Shown here: piece after piece, positions 18,791 to 27,877 of the stretch
Layout of the letters: every line of letters starts with the position of its first letter
Position numbering within the stretch: position 1 is the stretch's first letter
NCBI GenBank assembly: GCA_041082215.1
Contig: JBDOIF010000008.1
Coordinates: forward strand, 6,036 to 70,035
From: Anaerolineae bacterium
GTDB lineage: Bacteria; Chloroflexota; Anaerolineae; B4-G1; DUEL01
Reading direction: 5' to 3'
Length of the DNA: 64,000 nucleotides
Position numbers and translations under genes: made by a program
The notes under the pieces: generated by a model
What the model was told of the DNA's origin: nothing
What the model saw: the letters and a program-made list of their open reading frames with translations, nothing else
Databases searched by the model: none

Positions 18791-20110
18791 CTACTCTTTC
18801 TCCTTTACTGGAGCCTCCGGCGCCTCCTCGCCCCGGGCGATGGCGGTCAACCGGTTGATGACCTTTTCCACCAGGAGGTCGTTGAACAGGGCCCGCCGGT
18901 TGTTCTCCTTTTGGAGCCGCCGACGCACCTCCTCCGCCCGGTCCCCCCACGGCTGACTGGCTTCGGCAATGCGCTGCTCCACCTCTTCGTCGCTCACCTC
19001 GAGCCCCTCTGCCTCCACCACTTTGGCCAGCACCAGGGAGCGCTCCAGCCGCCTCCTGGCCCGGGGGCGAAGCTCCTGACGCAGGTCCTCTAAACTCTTC
19101 TGCGTGACCCGCAGGTAATCGGCCAGGCTCATCCGCACTTCCTGCTCGACCTGACGGCCGTACTGCTCCACCAGCTCGTCAACCACCTCCTCCAGCGCAT
19201 CGGGCGGATACTCGATCCGGGATCGTTCCACCACGGCCTGGATGACCTGATCGGCGTAGCTTTCCTCCGCCTCCTGCTCCTTCCTCCGTCGAAGCTGCTC
19301 CTCGATCCTGGCCCGGAGCTCCTGGAGGTTGTCGTAATCCCCCACCGTCCGGGCCAGATCATCGTCTATCTGGGGGAGGATGCGGTCGAAAAGGCGGACC
19401 AGGCGGACGGTGAACTCGGCCTCCCCAGGGGACTCCCCCCCGGACGACTCCAGCCGAAAGGTCTTTTCCTCTCCTGCCGTCATCCCCTCCAGGGCCTGGT
19501 GGAAGCCGGGGAGCGGGTAGTCGCTTTCGGGGTCCAGCAGGACCTGGACCTCGGAATCCTTCAGGAAGAGCTTCCCTTCCTCATCCCGCCCCTCGACGTC
19601 AATGACCACCACATCCCCGGCCCGTGCCGGTCGCCCCTCCAGCGGCTCCAGCACTGCGTTCTCCTGGCGGAGGCGCTCCAGCACCTCTTCGACCTCCTCC
19701 CCGGTCACCTGGACCGTTGGGGGTTCGATGCGCAGCGCACGGTAGTCCCCCAGCTCGACCACCGGGGGCAGGGGGACGGTGAAGACGAAGCGCATAGGGG
19801 TCAGTTGAGATTCGACGAGGGTTGCAGGGGCGTAAGCCTGGATCCCCTCCTGCTCCATAGCCTTCCGGTAGGCCTGCTCGATCAGCCCGTCAGCCGTCTC
19901 GCGGCGAACCGCCTCTTCACCGAAACGCTGGAGGATGATATGGTAGGGGGCCTTGCCCTTGCGGAAGCCAGGGATGTTGACCTCCTGGGCGATCCGCCTG
20001 GCTGTCCGGCGCATCTCTTCCTGCACCTGCTCCTCGGGGATCTCCACGGTGAGGCGAAGCCGCCGGGTCTCCACTGGTTCTGTGTTGACTTTTATCTCCA
20101 GCCTGTCCAT
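18791..20110 (-). CDS. tig: trigger factor
   Basis: 439 aa. N-terminal ribosome-binding GFRKGKAP motif. Directly abuts clpP. Confidence 0.93.
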   Translation of the reverse strand: MDRLEIKVNTEPVETRRLRLTVEIPEEQVQEEMRRTARRIAQEVNIPGFRKGKAPYHIILQRFGEEAVRRETADGLIEQAYRKAMEQEGIQAYAPATLVESQLTPMRFVFTVPLPPVVELGDYRALRIEPPTVQVTGEEVEEVLERLRQENAVLEPLEGRPARAGDVVVIDVEGRDEEGKLFLKDSEVQVLLDPESDYPLPGFHQALEGMTAGEEKTFRLESSGGESPGEAEFTVRLVRLFDRILPQIDDDLARTVGDYDNLQELRARIEEQLRRRKEQEAEESYADQVIQAVVERSRIEYPPDALEEVVDELVEQYGRQVEQEVRMSLADYLRVTQKSLEDLRQELRPRARRRLERSLVLAKVVEAEGLEVSDEEVEQRIAEASQPWGDRAEEVRRRLQKENNRRALFNDLLVEKVINRLTAIARGEEAPEAPVKEKE

Positions 20111-20172
20111 CCGATCTCACGTACTCCTCATCCGGGTAACAAATCTGCGGGGCGCAACTGCGCCCCGAACGA

Positions 20173-20254
20173 TGGGGAAGGCGGGACTCGAACCCGCACG
20201 GGTTGCCCCACGTGATCCTAAGTCACGCTCGTCTGCCCATTCCGACACTTCCCC
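20173..20254 (-). tRNA. tRNA-Leu (anticodon UAG), long variable arm, no encoded CCA
   Basis: Cloverleaf folded by hand: acceptor GGGGAAG/CTTCCCC, anticodon stem CGTGA/TCACG, loop CTTAGGA, T arm GCGGG-TTCGAGT-CCCGC. Confidence 0.9.
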
Positions 20255-20266
20255 TCGCGCTGGGGT

Positions 20267-20295
20267 ATTATAAACTGGAGTCCGCTTTCCTGCAA
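20267..20295 (-). promoter_or_regulatory. sigma70-like promoter TTGCAG-17-TATAAT for tRNA-Leu (and possibly tig-clpP)
   Basis: Read on the minus strand. The -10 is 12 nt upstream of the tRNA 5' end. The -35 is 10 nt from the left end of element copy 1. Confidence 0.5.
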
Positions 20296-20305
20296 GGAGC
20301 AGCGG

Positions 20306-20495
20306 GGCGTATTTCAATTTCGGGGCGAGTGATCCTCTCGCCCGCCGGTGGATCGCGAATCCCACGAATGGCCCGAATACAGCAAATAAGAGGGGTACCT
20401 GCTCCATTCGCGGTATTCGTTTCCATTTGCGTCATTCGTGTTTCCCCAGGTCCGGCCCGGGCCAGGGACATCTCGCCCCCAGGCTGAAATACACC
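20306..20495 (+). repeat. ~190-bp palindromic CGAAT-unit element, copy 1
   Basis: Terminal inverted repeats GGCGTATTTCA.../...TGAAATACACC. 4 GAAT units at 9-bp spacing, an ~18-nt centre, then 4 ATTC units. Confidence 0.9.
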
Positions 20496-20512
20496 TGGAG
20501 CGGCGCGCTGAC

Positions 20513-20540
20513 TTGACGCATCCCCTGCGGATGGTATCAT
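20513..20540 (+). promoter_or_regulatory. candidate promoter TTGACG-16-TATCAT
   Basis: 17 nt downstream of element copy 1. Very close to the downstream start codon, so uncertain. Confidence 0.3.
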
Positions 20541-20554
20541 AGCAGGTGGAGGGA

Positions 20555-21298
20555 ATGATGCAATCGCGGAACTGGACGCCAGTAGCGATCGGGGTGATCC
20601 TGCTTTCGGCAGCCGTCGGACTGGCCCTGCTGGCCCTGGGCAGGGAGCCAGCGCCCACGCCCACCCCCACGCCCTCCCCGACGGCCACCCCCGCGCCGTC
20701 GGCTGTCCCCCTTCCCTCCCCCCTTACCCTCCCATCCCCCACGCCTGGCCCGCTCCTCTACACGGTCCAGGAGGGGGACACACTGGCCCGGATCGCCGCC
20801 GCTTATGGGGTCTCGCTGGAGGAGCTGATCGCCGCCAACGGCCTGAGCGACCCCAACCTGATCCACGTCGGGCAGGTGCTGGTTATCCCCGGGGGCACAG
20901 CCCCCATCTCCGAGGAGCCATCCACACCCACCCCTCTTCCGCCCACCGCTCCGCCCACCCCCATCCTTCCCACATCTACCCCTTCCGGTCCACCGCTGGT
21001 GGAGATCGGCGGGGTGCTGGGAGCGGGGGACCTGGCGGCGGAGGTGGTGCGGGTGCGGAACCGGGGCGGGACAGCCCTGCTGGAGGGATGGACCCTATCC
21101 GACGCAGCCGGCAACCTGTTCACCTTCCCCCGGCTGATCCTCTTTCCGGGGGGAGAAGTGGCCGTGCACTCCGGCCCAGGCTCCTCCACTCCCACGCATC
21201 TCTACTGGGGTCGGGCCGAGGCGGCGTGGGAATCCGGGGAATTGATCGTGCTGCGGGATCGGGAGGGGGCGGTGGTGGATACCTACATCGTGCCGTAG
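20555..21298 (+). CDS. secreted/membrane-anchored LysM + lamin-tail-domain (LTD) protein
   Basis: N-terminal TM, P/T-rich linkers, LysM (YTVQEGDTLARIAAAYGVSLEELIAANG) and a C-terminal LTD-like beta domain (VRVRNRGGTALLEGWTLSD...). ATG 20555 chosen over GTG 20546. Confidence 0.7.
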   Translation: MMQSRNWTPVAIGVILLSAAVGLALLALGREPAPTPTPTPSPTATPAPSAVPLPSPLTLPSPTPGPLLYTVQEGDTLARIAAAYGVSLEELIAANGLSDPNLIHVGQVLVIPGGTAPISEEPSTPTPLPPTAPPTPILPTSTPSGPPLVEIGGVLGAGDLAAEVVRVRNRGGTALLEGWTLSDAAGNLFTFPRLILFPGGEVAVHSGPGSSTPTHLYWGRAEAAWESGELIVLRDREGAVVDTYIVP

Positions 21299-21310
21299 CC
21301 CTCCAAAGCC

Positions 21311-22771
21311 CTACACACCGACAGCCCTGGCCCCGGGTGTCTTCACCTTTGTCAGAACAATGACGGAGATGAGGAAGAGAGCGCCGTAGATGGCGAACAG
21401 GAGCACGTAGCCCAACCCCGGCACATCTGGCACGTAGAGAGTGATGTGGTCGGCGATCGGCCCCCCGATGTAGGCGCCGACAGCGCCGGCGCCGGCGCCG
21501 GCCAGGTTGGAGATGCCCAGATAACGGCCTGCCTCCTCCTTTGGCACAAGCTCCGTGCCCAGGGCCCAGTTGGCGGTAAAGAAGAGGCCGGCGGCGATGC
21601 CGATGATGCAACCGCCGATGTAGATGGGCGTGAGGCTGGGGGAGAGCAACAGGATCATCGTGCCGGCCGTCGCCACAAGGCCGCTGAGGGCAACGATCCG
21701 CTTATGGCCGATGCGGTCGGCAAGCCAGCCGCTGGGGAGGGCGGAGAGGAGGATAAAGACCCCCACCGCCATCATCAACTGGCTGGCCGGTCCGGCCGCC
21801 TTCTCCTCCGGATAGCCCAGCCGTCCCTGGAGGAAGTATACCGCGAACCCGGAGAGGTTGGTCGTCCCCACCAGGAAGGCCAGCCGGTTGACCACCCACC
21901 AGGTGAAGGAGGGGTTGGCACGGGCAGCCTCGCCGATGCTGACGCGGACGCTGGCCCACACGCCCAGCGCCACGGCAACGACCATTCCCGCCAGGCCAAC
22001 GGCCCCCATGAGGAGGACCAGGGTAGCCGTCGAGCCCCCTCCTCCCAGCAGCCTTCCTGCTATCTTCACCACCTCCCCCATGCCGAGGATGACCGCCGTG
22101 AACAGCCCCGTCATCACCAGCAGCCGCAGGAAGGGGGCCCAATCCAGCCGGGAGGGGGGGGCTTCCAGCCGCTTTTCCGGGACCAGCATTGTGATCAGCA
22201 TGCACAGGGTGAGCACGCCCGCGGCCACCATCAACCCTCCCCAGAGATCGCCCCGGGCGACGATGGGGCCGACGGCGAAGGCGACCAGGATCACGGGGAG
22301 AGGGATCTCCAGCACCGCCTTGATGCCGGAGAAACGGCCCCGCCGGTCCTCGGGGACCAGGTCGGGGATCAGCCCCTGCTCGGCTCCGTGGGCGGTGTTG
22401 GAGGAGATCTGGAGGAGGATGGCCATGGCGAAGAGGAACCAGTAGCCTGCCATTCCCTCCAGGCCGATGGAGAAGCCGATGGCAGTGATGAAGACCAGGT
22501 CCGCCAGGGTGCCCAGGAAGATGAAGGGGCGGCGGCGGCCCCAGCGGAGGGTGCTGTGGTCGGAGAGCATCCCCATCAGCGCCTGGGCCAGCAGAGCGAC
22601 CATCAGCGACCAGAGGCGGAGGGTGCCAAAGAAGGTGGCCTTCCCCGTTTCCCCCACGAACTTCTGGACCAGCAGGGGGAAGACCAGGCCGTTGGTCTGG
22701 GAGAGAGTGGTGAGGCCCAGCCAGTAGATGTTGATAGTGATGTAATCGTACCATCGGAGCGGGCGGTTCAT
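21311..22771 (-). CDS. MFS transporter (GPH/sugar-cation symporter-like)
   Basis: 486 aa, ~12 TM helices, RWGRRRPF loop motif. Confidence 0.8.
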   Translation of the reverse strand: MNRPLRWYDYITINIYWLGLTTLSQTNGLVFPLLVQKFVGETGKATFFGTLRLWSLMVALLAQALMGMLSDHSTLRWGRRRPFIFLGTLADLVFITAIGFSIGLEGMAGYWFLFAMAILLQISSNTAHGAEQGLIPDLVPEDRRGRFSGIKAVLEIPLPVILVAFAVGPIVARGDLWGGLMVAAGVLTLCMLITMLVPEKRLEAPPSRLDWAPFLRLLVMTGLFTAVILGMGEVVKIAGRLLGGGGSTATLVLLMGAVGLAGMVVAVALGVWASVRVSIGEAARANPSFTWWVVNRLAFLVGTTNLSGFAVYFLQGRLGYPEEKAAGPASQLMMAVGVFILLSALPSGWLADRIGHKRIVALSGLVATAGTMILLLSPSLTPIYIGGCIIGIAAGLFFTANWALGTELVPKEEAGRYLGISNLAGAGAGAVGAYIGGPIADHITLYVPDVPGLGYVLLFAIYGALFLISVIVLTKVKTPGARAVGV

Positions 22772-23271
22772 TTTTCATCCTCCTGGGCGTCCTGTCCTTC
22801 CTGCTCTTCGATCATCTCCCGGATATCCCGTTCCAGTTGTTCGGCCAGGGCGAGGGCATCCAGGAGCATCTCTTCGGCCTCCGCGTCCCCTTTGGGGCGG
22901 GTCTCCCAGGCCCCCTGGAGGGCGGCGTTCAACTGGGCCAGGCTGCGGTAGAGGCCGGCGAAGACGTCCTCGGCTGTCATTTCCCGGGAGGCCAGCTTCA
23001 CGCGGGGGCCGCTGAAGAAGCCCAGGGCCTCCATATCCTGTTCCATCTCAGCGGCCAGCTCCGGGTCGTCTTCGAACCCCTCGGTGTGGTCCACTCCCTC
23101 GATGAATTCGAACCGGTCATCGGCCTCCAGTTGGGCGTGAAAGCTCTCCAGGTCCAGATCGAGGGCCAGCCCCTCTCGCTGGAGCATCAGCCACAGCTTT
23201 TTCACCGGCACGTAGAAATCGGGGTCGGTCTCCAGAACTTCGATCACCCGCTGCTCGGCTCTTTCGTCCAT
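22768..23271 (-). CDS. hypothetical acidic protein
   Basis: Start moved to MDERAEQ (ATG 23271). The longer ORF would overlap the upstream gene. 4-nt overlap with the MFS start. Confidence 0.5.
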   Translation of the reverse strand: MDERAEQRVIEVLETDPDFYVPVKKLWLMLQREGLALDLDLESFHAQLEADDRFEFIEGVDHTEGFEDDPELAAEMEQDMEALGFFSGPRVKLASREMTAEDVFAGLYRSLAQLNAALQGAWETRPKGDAEAEEMLLDALALAEQLERDIREMIEEQEGQDAQEDEK

Positions 23272-23284
23272 CGTTTTCCCTCTT

Positions 23285-24019
23285 TCAGACCTTCTCCGGC
23301 ATGGTCTCCTCAAACACCAGCGATTCATCACTGGGGCCGGTGTAGCCGCACTCGCCCACACGCGGCGAGTTGACCAGGGGGAGGAAGCCGTCTTCCCAGT
23401 CTTCGTGCTCCTGAGCGTGTTTGTTGCAATAGGTCTCATAGCTGCCGCTGAAGGTGTAGACCCACTGGGCTGGCTGCCCACATCCTACGCAGGAGAACAC
23501 CAGCGCGTAGTTGCGGGCCAACACGCGCACCCCTTCTCGAGGCCGTGGGCCCTCTCTCTCCCCCACCACCTTCAGTTTTAAGGTCGTGGTGGTGCCGAAG
23601 TCATACTCGTGGAAGAAGACATCTCCTACCGAGAGTACCTTTTGTAGCTGGACGTTCATCTTGCGTGTCGGGATGGAGGGGCCAAAGAAGTCCTTCCACA
23701 TGGCGTCCACCATGCCGGTATCCAGTTCATAGTGGGTATCGCCGATGGTGAAAGCGCTCAGGTGGCCACAGCACTCCAGCCAGATAGCGCGCAGAAAATG
23801 GTCCAGGTCCATCAGGGTGGCGGTGGCCGGCATCTCCAAGTGCATCCAGTAATACGGGGCGTAATAGCCCTCAACGCGCAGGTGGAACAGACGGACCGGC
23901 TTGCCTTTGGTAACCTCGTGGGCTGGGACGCATTTCTGCAGATGGCGACCGATCGTGTTTTTGGCGAACGTCCCACCACAGAGGAAGCACTTGCCATAGG
24001 AGACAAAGCGTTTAGCCAT
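23285..24019 (-). CDS. pRiA4b ORF-3-like (MM3350-like) domain protein with Zn-ribbon ends
   Basis: RLFHLRVEG...YWMHLEMPATATLMDLDHFLRAIWLECCGHLSAF resembles the family core. CFLCGG and CVGCG motifs. Assignment from memory only. Confidence 0.45.
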   Translation of the reverse strand: MAKRFVSYGKCFLCGGTFAKNTIGRHLQKCVPAHEVTKGKPVRLFHLRVEGYYAPYYWMHLEMPATATLMDLDHFLRAIWLECCGHLSAFTIGDTHYELDTGMVDAMWKDFFGPSIPTRKMNVQLQKVLSVGDVFFHEYDFGTTTTLKLKVVGEREGPRPREGVRVLARNYALVFSCVGCGQPAQWVYTFSGSYETYCNKHAQEHEDWEDGFLPLVNSPRVGECGYTGPSDESLVFEETMPEKV

Positions 24020-24135
24020 TATAAATCTCCCGTAAGTCAGATTGCAGGACGTGGATGGGTTCCCTCACTGCAAAGGAGGCAAAGAGCAAGGGACATGGAG
24101 CACCCTGCTCCTGCATCCTGCGGCTTATGTGTCTT

Positions 24136-24819
24136 CTAGAGCGTGATGCTCTCCCCCGGCTTGAGCACCACCGGCTCGGCGGAGGTCTCTGCCCGCACCC
24201 GCTCTGCCCAGGCGTGGGGGTCCTGGCGGATGATGTCGAAGGTATCGTAGTGGATGGGGACCACCTTACGGGGCGTGAGCAGTTTCACTGCCCGGAGCGC
24301 GTCGTCCGGCCCCATAGTGAAATTGTCGCCGATGGGGAGGACGGCCAGGTCCAGCCCCTCCTCGCCGATCAGCTTCATGTCGTAGAAGAGGCCGGTGTCG
24401 CAGGCCAGGTAGAGCTTCTTGCCCTCGGTGGTGAGGAGGAAGCCGCAGGGGTTGCCGCCGTAGGAGCCGTCGGGCAGGGCGGAGCCGTGGTGGGCGATGG
24501 TGAGCTTGAGGTAGCCGAAGGGATAGCGGAAGCCGCCGCCGATATGCTGGGGGTGGACGTTGGCGTGGCCCTGGGCCTGGAACCAGTTGGTGATCTCAAA
24601 GTTGCTGATAACGAGGGCGCCGGTGCGGCGGGCCAGGTCCAGAGCGTCCCCCACATGGTCTCCGTGGCCGTGGGAGACCAGGATGACGGTGGGGTTGAGC
24701 TGGCCTGGGGAGGCGGCGGCGAGGGGGTTACCGGTGAGGAAGGGGTCGGCCAGCAGCCGATGTTCACCCACTTCGATGCCAATGCATGCATGGCCGTACC
24801 AGGTGACTGTGACGGTCAT
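24136..24819 (-). CDS. UPF0173 metal-dependent hydrolase (MBL fold)
   Basis: MTVTVTWYGHACIGIEV start and the SHGHGDHVGD motif. Confidence 0.85.
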   Translation of the reverse strand: MTVTVTWYGHACIGIEVGEHRLLADPFLTGNPLAAASPGQLNPTVILVSHGHGDHVGDALDLARRTGALVISNFEITNWFQAQGHANVHPQHIGGGFRYPFGYLKLTIAHHGSALPDGSYGGNPCGFLLTTEGKKLYLACDTGLFYDMKLIGEEGLDLAVLPIGDNFTMGPDDALRAVKLLTPRKVVPIHYDTFDIIRQDPHAWAERVRAETSAEPVVLKPGESITL

Positions 24820-24896
24820 CGTGACCTCCTTTCCGTGAGAGGGACCACTGAAAAGAGCACTTGCCTGCGCTGGAGCATGTACCGCAGGTTGACAGA

Positions 24897-24925
24897 AGTA
24901 TAGACCAGAGAGGGGAAGTTGTCAA
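24897..24925 (-). promoter_or_regulatory. sigma70-like promoter TTGACA-17-TATACT
   Basis: Read on the minus strand upstream of the MBL gene. Lies 24 nt downstream of the 18-bp palindrome. Confidence 0.5.
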
Positions 24926-24941
24926 CGGAGAGGTGATTACT

Positions 24942-25733
24942 TTATGTCAACGTTTCACGTGAAACGTCCGGCTCTGTCGGTCGGGGGAGGCGGCGAAGGG
25001 CCCAGATGGCAGCGGCGGCGGCGAGGGCGAAGAGGAACACCACCCCCTCAACCGCCTCCAGAGCCCAGCCGCTCTGGGCCAATCCCACCGCCATTCCGTC
25101 CACCAGGGCGTGGCCGAGGATGGCTGCCCCCAGCCAGAGCAGGTTGTTGTGGGTGAGGGAGCGGACCACCATCAGGCTCCAGGCGATGTGCATGGTGATG
25201 GCGAAGGCGCGCTCCAGCCCTCCCAGGAGCGGCATGTACCAGGGCGTGGCCCAGAACGCCTCCACCTGCGCCTGGGCCTGTTCCAGCATCTCGCCGGAAA
25301 GCCCCAGCGCACCCAGGTCCGTCCCGCGCAGGGCCAGCATCTGGACAAAGGTGATAAGGACAGCCAGGGCGGTGAGGAGGGATTCAACCCCACCGTGTCC
25401 TGCGCCAAAGGCCACCCCCTGACCCCAGGAGCGGGCCTCCCGTCGCCAGAACCGGAGCACCAGGTAGCGGGCCACCTCCTCGCAGACGCCCGCGCTGAGG
25501 CCGGCAACAGCGGCCATCAGCGGGATGGGCCACAGCGCCACGCCACGCCCACCCGTCAGGAGGCCCAGCCCCCAGTTCAGGGGGAGATGGACCACCTGGG
25601 AAGCGACGAATGTGAGGACCCCCGCCCCGATCAACCCCCAGGTGACCCCCGGCCAGCGTCGGACCAGCAACCAGAGGGCTATGGGCAGGACAAGCATGAT
25701 GAGGATCTCCAGGCTGAGCGTTGCGTACAACAT
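24942..25733 (-). CDS. YhfC-family intramembrane metalloprotease-like protein
   Basis: Polytopic. CEEVARY (ExxxR) and paired His motifs. Start chosen at MLYATLSLEIL (ATG 25733). The last 6 codons are encoded by the palindrome. Confidence 0.6.
   Translation of the reverse strand: MLYATLSLEILIMLVLPIALWLLVRRWPGVTWGLIGAGVLTFVASQVVHLPLNWGLGLLTGGRGVALWPIPLMAAVAGLSAGVCEEVARYLVLRFWRREARSWGQGVAFGAGHGGVESLLTALAVLITFVQMLALRGTDLGALGLSGEMLEQAQAQVEAFWATPWYMPLLGGLERAFAITMHIAWSLMVVRSLTHNNLLWLGAAILGHALVDGMAVGLAQSGWALEAVEGVVFLFALAAAAAIWALRRLPRPTEPDVSRETLT
24950..24967. repeat. perfect 18-bp palindrome ACGTTTCACGTGAAACGT
   Basis: Read directly. Related to the GACGTTT heptamer family. Overlaps the 3' end of the YhfC-like CDS. 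Confidence 0.9.
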
Positions 25734-25916
25734 TTCTGCCTCCTTCCCTGTACGGGCAACGTGCAACTGCCTACGCAGCCCCTGCCGCCCCACCGTCATT
25801 GCGGGCCCAGGGACAACGAAATCCACCGCCCGGCAAAGCGGGTTGTCAGCCTGCAAAAAACAGGCCCGGCAGCCCGTGCTACGTGGGCGGGTCTCTGCGG
25901 CAATGTACAAAATACG

Positions 25917-26396
25917 CTAATACCTCCGCCGTGCCGCCCGCCGTTGGGTGACAAAGAGGTAATAGACAAAGGCGATGAGGTCGGTATCCACCGGCCTGTG
26001 GACGACAATCTCCGCCCGTCCCCACCCGGTCCGACGCACCGTCAGCACCAGCCGATCGTCCCCGTCTCGCAACTCCCAGGCCGTCTGCCAGAGGCGGGTC
26101 GGCCGAAAGGAAAAGGACTGGCTATCCAGCTCCACGCCTACCTGCCACCCCAGCAGGCTCACGCGGGCGGACGCCCGCTCCCGATCCTCTTCCCACATCC
26201 GGTATTCCGGCAGCCATAGCGAAACGCGCGCCATCCGCATCTCCCGCCCCTCGGCGTCGGTGTAAGGGACGGAAGAGCCGAGGCCAAAGGCCATCTCGCC
26301 CACGAAGGTAGCCCCCGCCAGCAGCCGATGGCGTCGGGGGAACAGGCCCGACGCCTCGACCACCACCCGATCCGCTGTGACAGGCCCTGCAGCCAT
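25917..26396 (-). CDS. hypothetical beta-rich protein (paralog 1 of a tandem pair)
   Basis: Its C-terminus RPVDTDLIAFVYYLF aligns with GPIDTDLLAFTYYLV of the neighbouring gene. Confidence 0.5.
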   Translation of the reverse strand: MAAGPVTADRVVVEASGLFPRRHRLLAGATFVGEMAFGLGSSVPYTDAEGREMRMARVSLWLPEYRMWEEDRERASARVSLLGWQVGVELDSQSFSFRPTRLWQTAWELRDGDDRLVLTVRRTGWGRAEIVVHRPVDTDLIAFVYYLFVTQRRAARRRY

Positions 26397-26399
26397 CGC

Positions 26400-26909
26400 C
26401 TAGCTCGACGCCGCGGCCGCCGCAGCCGCCCCTTCTTCCTGCCAGCGCGCGTTTACCAGGTAGTAAGTGAAGGCGAGCAGATCGGTGTCAATGGGACCCA
26501 GGATCTTTATCCGGGCCCCTCGACGGAAGGCACCGCGTGGCCGGACCTCCAGGATCGCTACCCCGGCCTCATCCGCCAGACGCCAATCGCGGGCCCAGAA
26601 GCCAACGGGAGCCAGCTCATACATCCGCCCCCGGAATTCGACGTCCATCTTTCGCCGCCAGAAACCGCGCGGCCGGGCCGTGCCCACCCCGACTCCACCC
26701 TCGCGCAGCTCATGCCAGCCCCTCCACCAGCTGGTCCGCCGCATCACCAGCTCCCGCCCATCGGCGGTACAGAAGCGACCTTCGGAACGAAAAGCAGGAA
26801 GGGTCAGCTCCCCCAGAACCCCCGATGGGGTTTCCAGACGGTGGTAGGTGGTGAAGACCCCCGATACCGAGACCGTGATCTCGTCCAATACCCAGGCTTC
26901 TCCCGTCAT
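26400..26909 (-). CDS. hypothetical beta-rich protein (paralog 2 of a tandem pair)
   Basis: Start at MTGEAWV (ATG 26909, GGAGGG RBS). Shares its architecture with 25917-26396. Confidence 0.5.
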   Translation of the reverse strand: MTGEAWVLDEITVSVSGVFTTYHRLETPSGVLGELTLPAFRSEGRFCTADGRELVMRRTSWWRGWHELREGGVGVGTARPRGFWRRKMDVEFRGRMYELAPVGFWARDWRLADEAGVAILEVRPRGAFRRGARIKILGPIDTDLLAFTYYLVNARWQEEGAAAAAAASS

Positions 26910-26977
26910 TGTATCCCTCCGGCTATCCAGTCTTGAGTTAGCGGCCTGGCCGACCACTCCCTGCCAACCGCCTCGAA

Positions 26978-27877
26978 CTACCTCTCACCGCCCCTGTCGG
27001 TCGAGACCAGTCCCCCTACTGCGGAGACGCCCAGGACCCCGCCCAGGTTCATCGTGTCCACCGCGCTGGAAGGTACGATGACCAGAGCGCCCTTCTCCTT
27101 CAGCCCCTCGAAGAGCATGTTCATCGCCCGCAGGTGAAGGGCAGTGGGGTTGTCCCTGTAGGCCTCTGCCGCCTCGGCAAAGGAAGCCGCGATCTGCTTC
27201 TCGCTCTCACCCAGGATCACCCGGGCCTGCCGCTCCCGCTCCGCCTGGGCCTGGCGGCTCATCGCATCCTCCAGCGCTTCGGGGATCACAATGTCGCGGA
27301 TCTCCACCGACTGGACCGTGATCCCCCATGGGTTGGTCCGCTCGTCAATGATCCGCTGCAGCTCTGCGTCCATCTTCGCCCGCCCCACCAGGATGTCCGC
27401 CAGGTCCATCTGGCCGATGATCTCCCGCAGGGCAGTCTGCGCCGCCCAGGAGATCGCCGCCCGGTAGTCCTCCACCTCCAGCGCCGCCTTCTCCGCATCC
27501 CACACCACCCAGAAAAGGACCGCATCCACGTCCACCGGGACCGTGTCTTTGGTCAGCGTCTTCTCAGCACTGAAGGGAGTGACCATCACCCGGTGGTCCA
27601 CCATCGCCGGGATGGTGTCCACAACAGGGATGATCCAGAAAGGGCCGGGGCCCTTGAGGCCGAGAAAGCGCCCCAGCCGGAGGACAATAGCCTTCTCCCA
27701 CTGGCTGGCGACGCGGAAGGCGAGGAGGATGTAGAGGCCGATCAGGTTCAACAGGAAGATCTCGCCCAGGACCCAACCGGCCTGTACGCCTGCCACGCCC
27801 AGGATGACGGCCAGCGCGATGGAGAGGATCAGCAGGACCAGAAAGATCAGCAGAGCCAGCCCGTTAAAACCCTTCAT
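26978..27877 (-). CDS. SPFH/band-7 (stomatin/slipin-like) membrane protein
   Basis: Start at MKGFNGLALLIF (GGAGGAG RBS). N-terminal TM followed by a full SPFH domain. Confidence 0.85.
   Translation of the reverse strand: MKGFNGLALLIFLVLLILSIALAVILGVAGVQAGWVLGEIFLLNLIGLYILLAFRVASQWEKAIVLRLGRFLGLKGPGPFWIIPVVDTIPAMVDHRVMVTPFSAEKTLTKDTVPVDVDAVLFWVVWDAEKAALEVEDYRAAISWAAQTALREIIGQMDLADILVGRAKMDAELQRIIDERTNPWGITVQSVEIRDIVIPEALEDAMSRQAQAERERQARVILGESEKQIAASFAEAAEAYRDNPTALHLRAMNMLFEGLKEKGALVIVPSSAVDTMNLGGVLGVSAVGGLVSTDRGGER

Noticed and set aside
20173-20495. Integrated mobile element or genomic island at tRNA-Leu or tRNA-Phe
   Set aside because: There is no integrase, no direct repeat of a tRNA 3' end and no phage or plasmid genes nearby. 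Flanking genes are housekeeping (tig-clpP, oxidoreductase cluster).
20268-20540. Conserved small ORFs inside the 190-bp repeats (e.g. ...SLARAGPGETRM..METNTANGAG... at 20268-20540, 28522-28749, 30112-30474, 63097-63354)
   Set aside because: The peptide similarity only reflects DNA repetition. The ORFs occur on both strands of a palindrome, have different starts, stops and frames between copies, and lack RBS signals. A coding role cannot be fully excluded without Ribo-seq.
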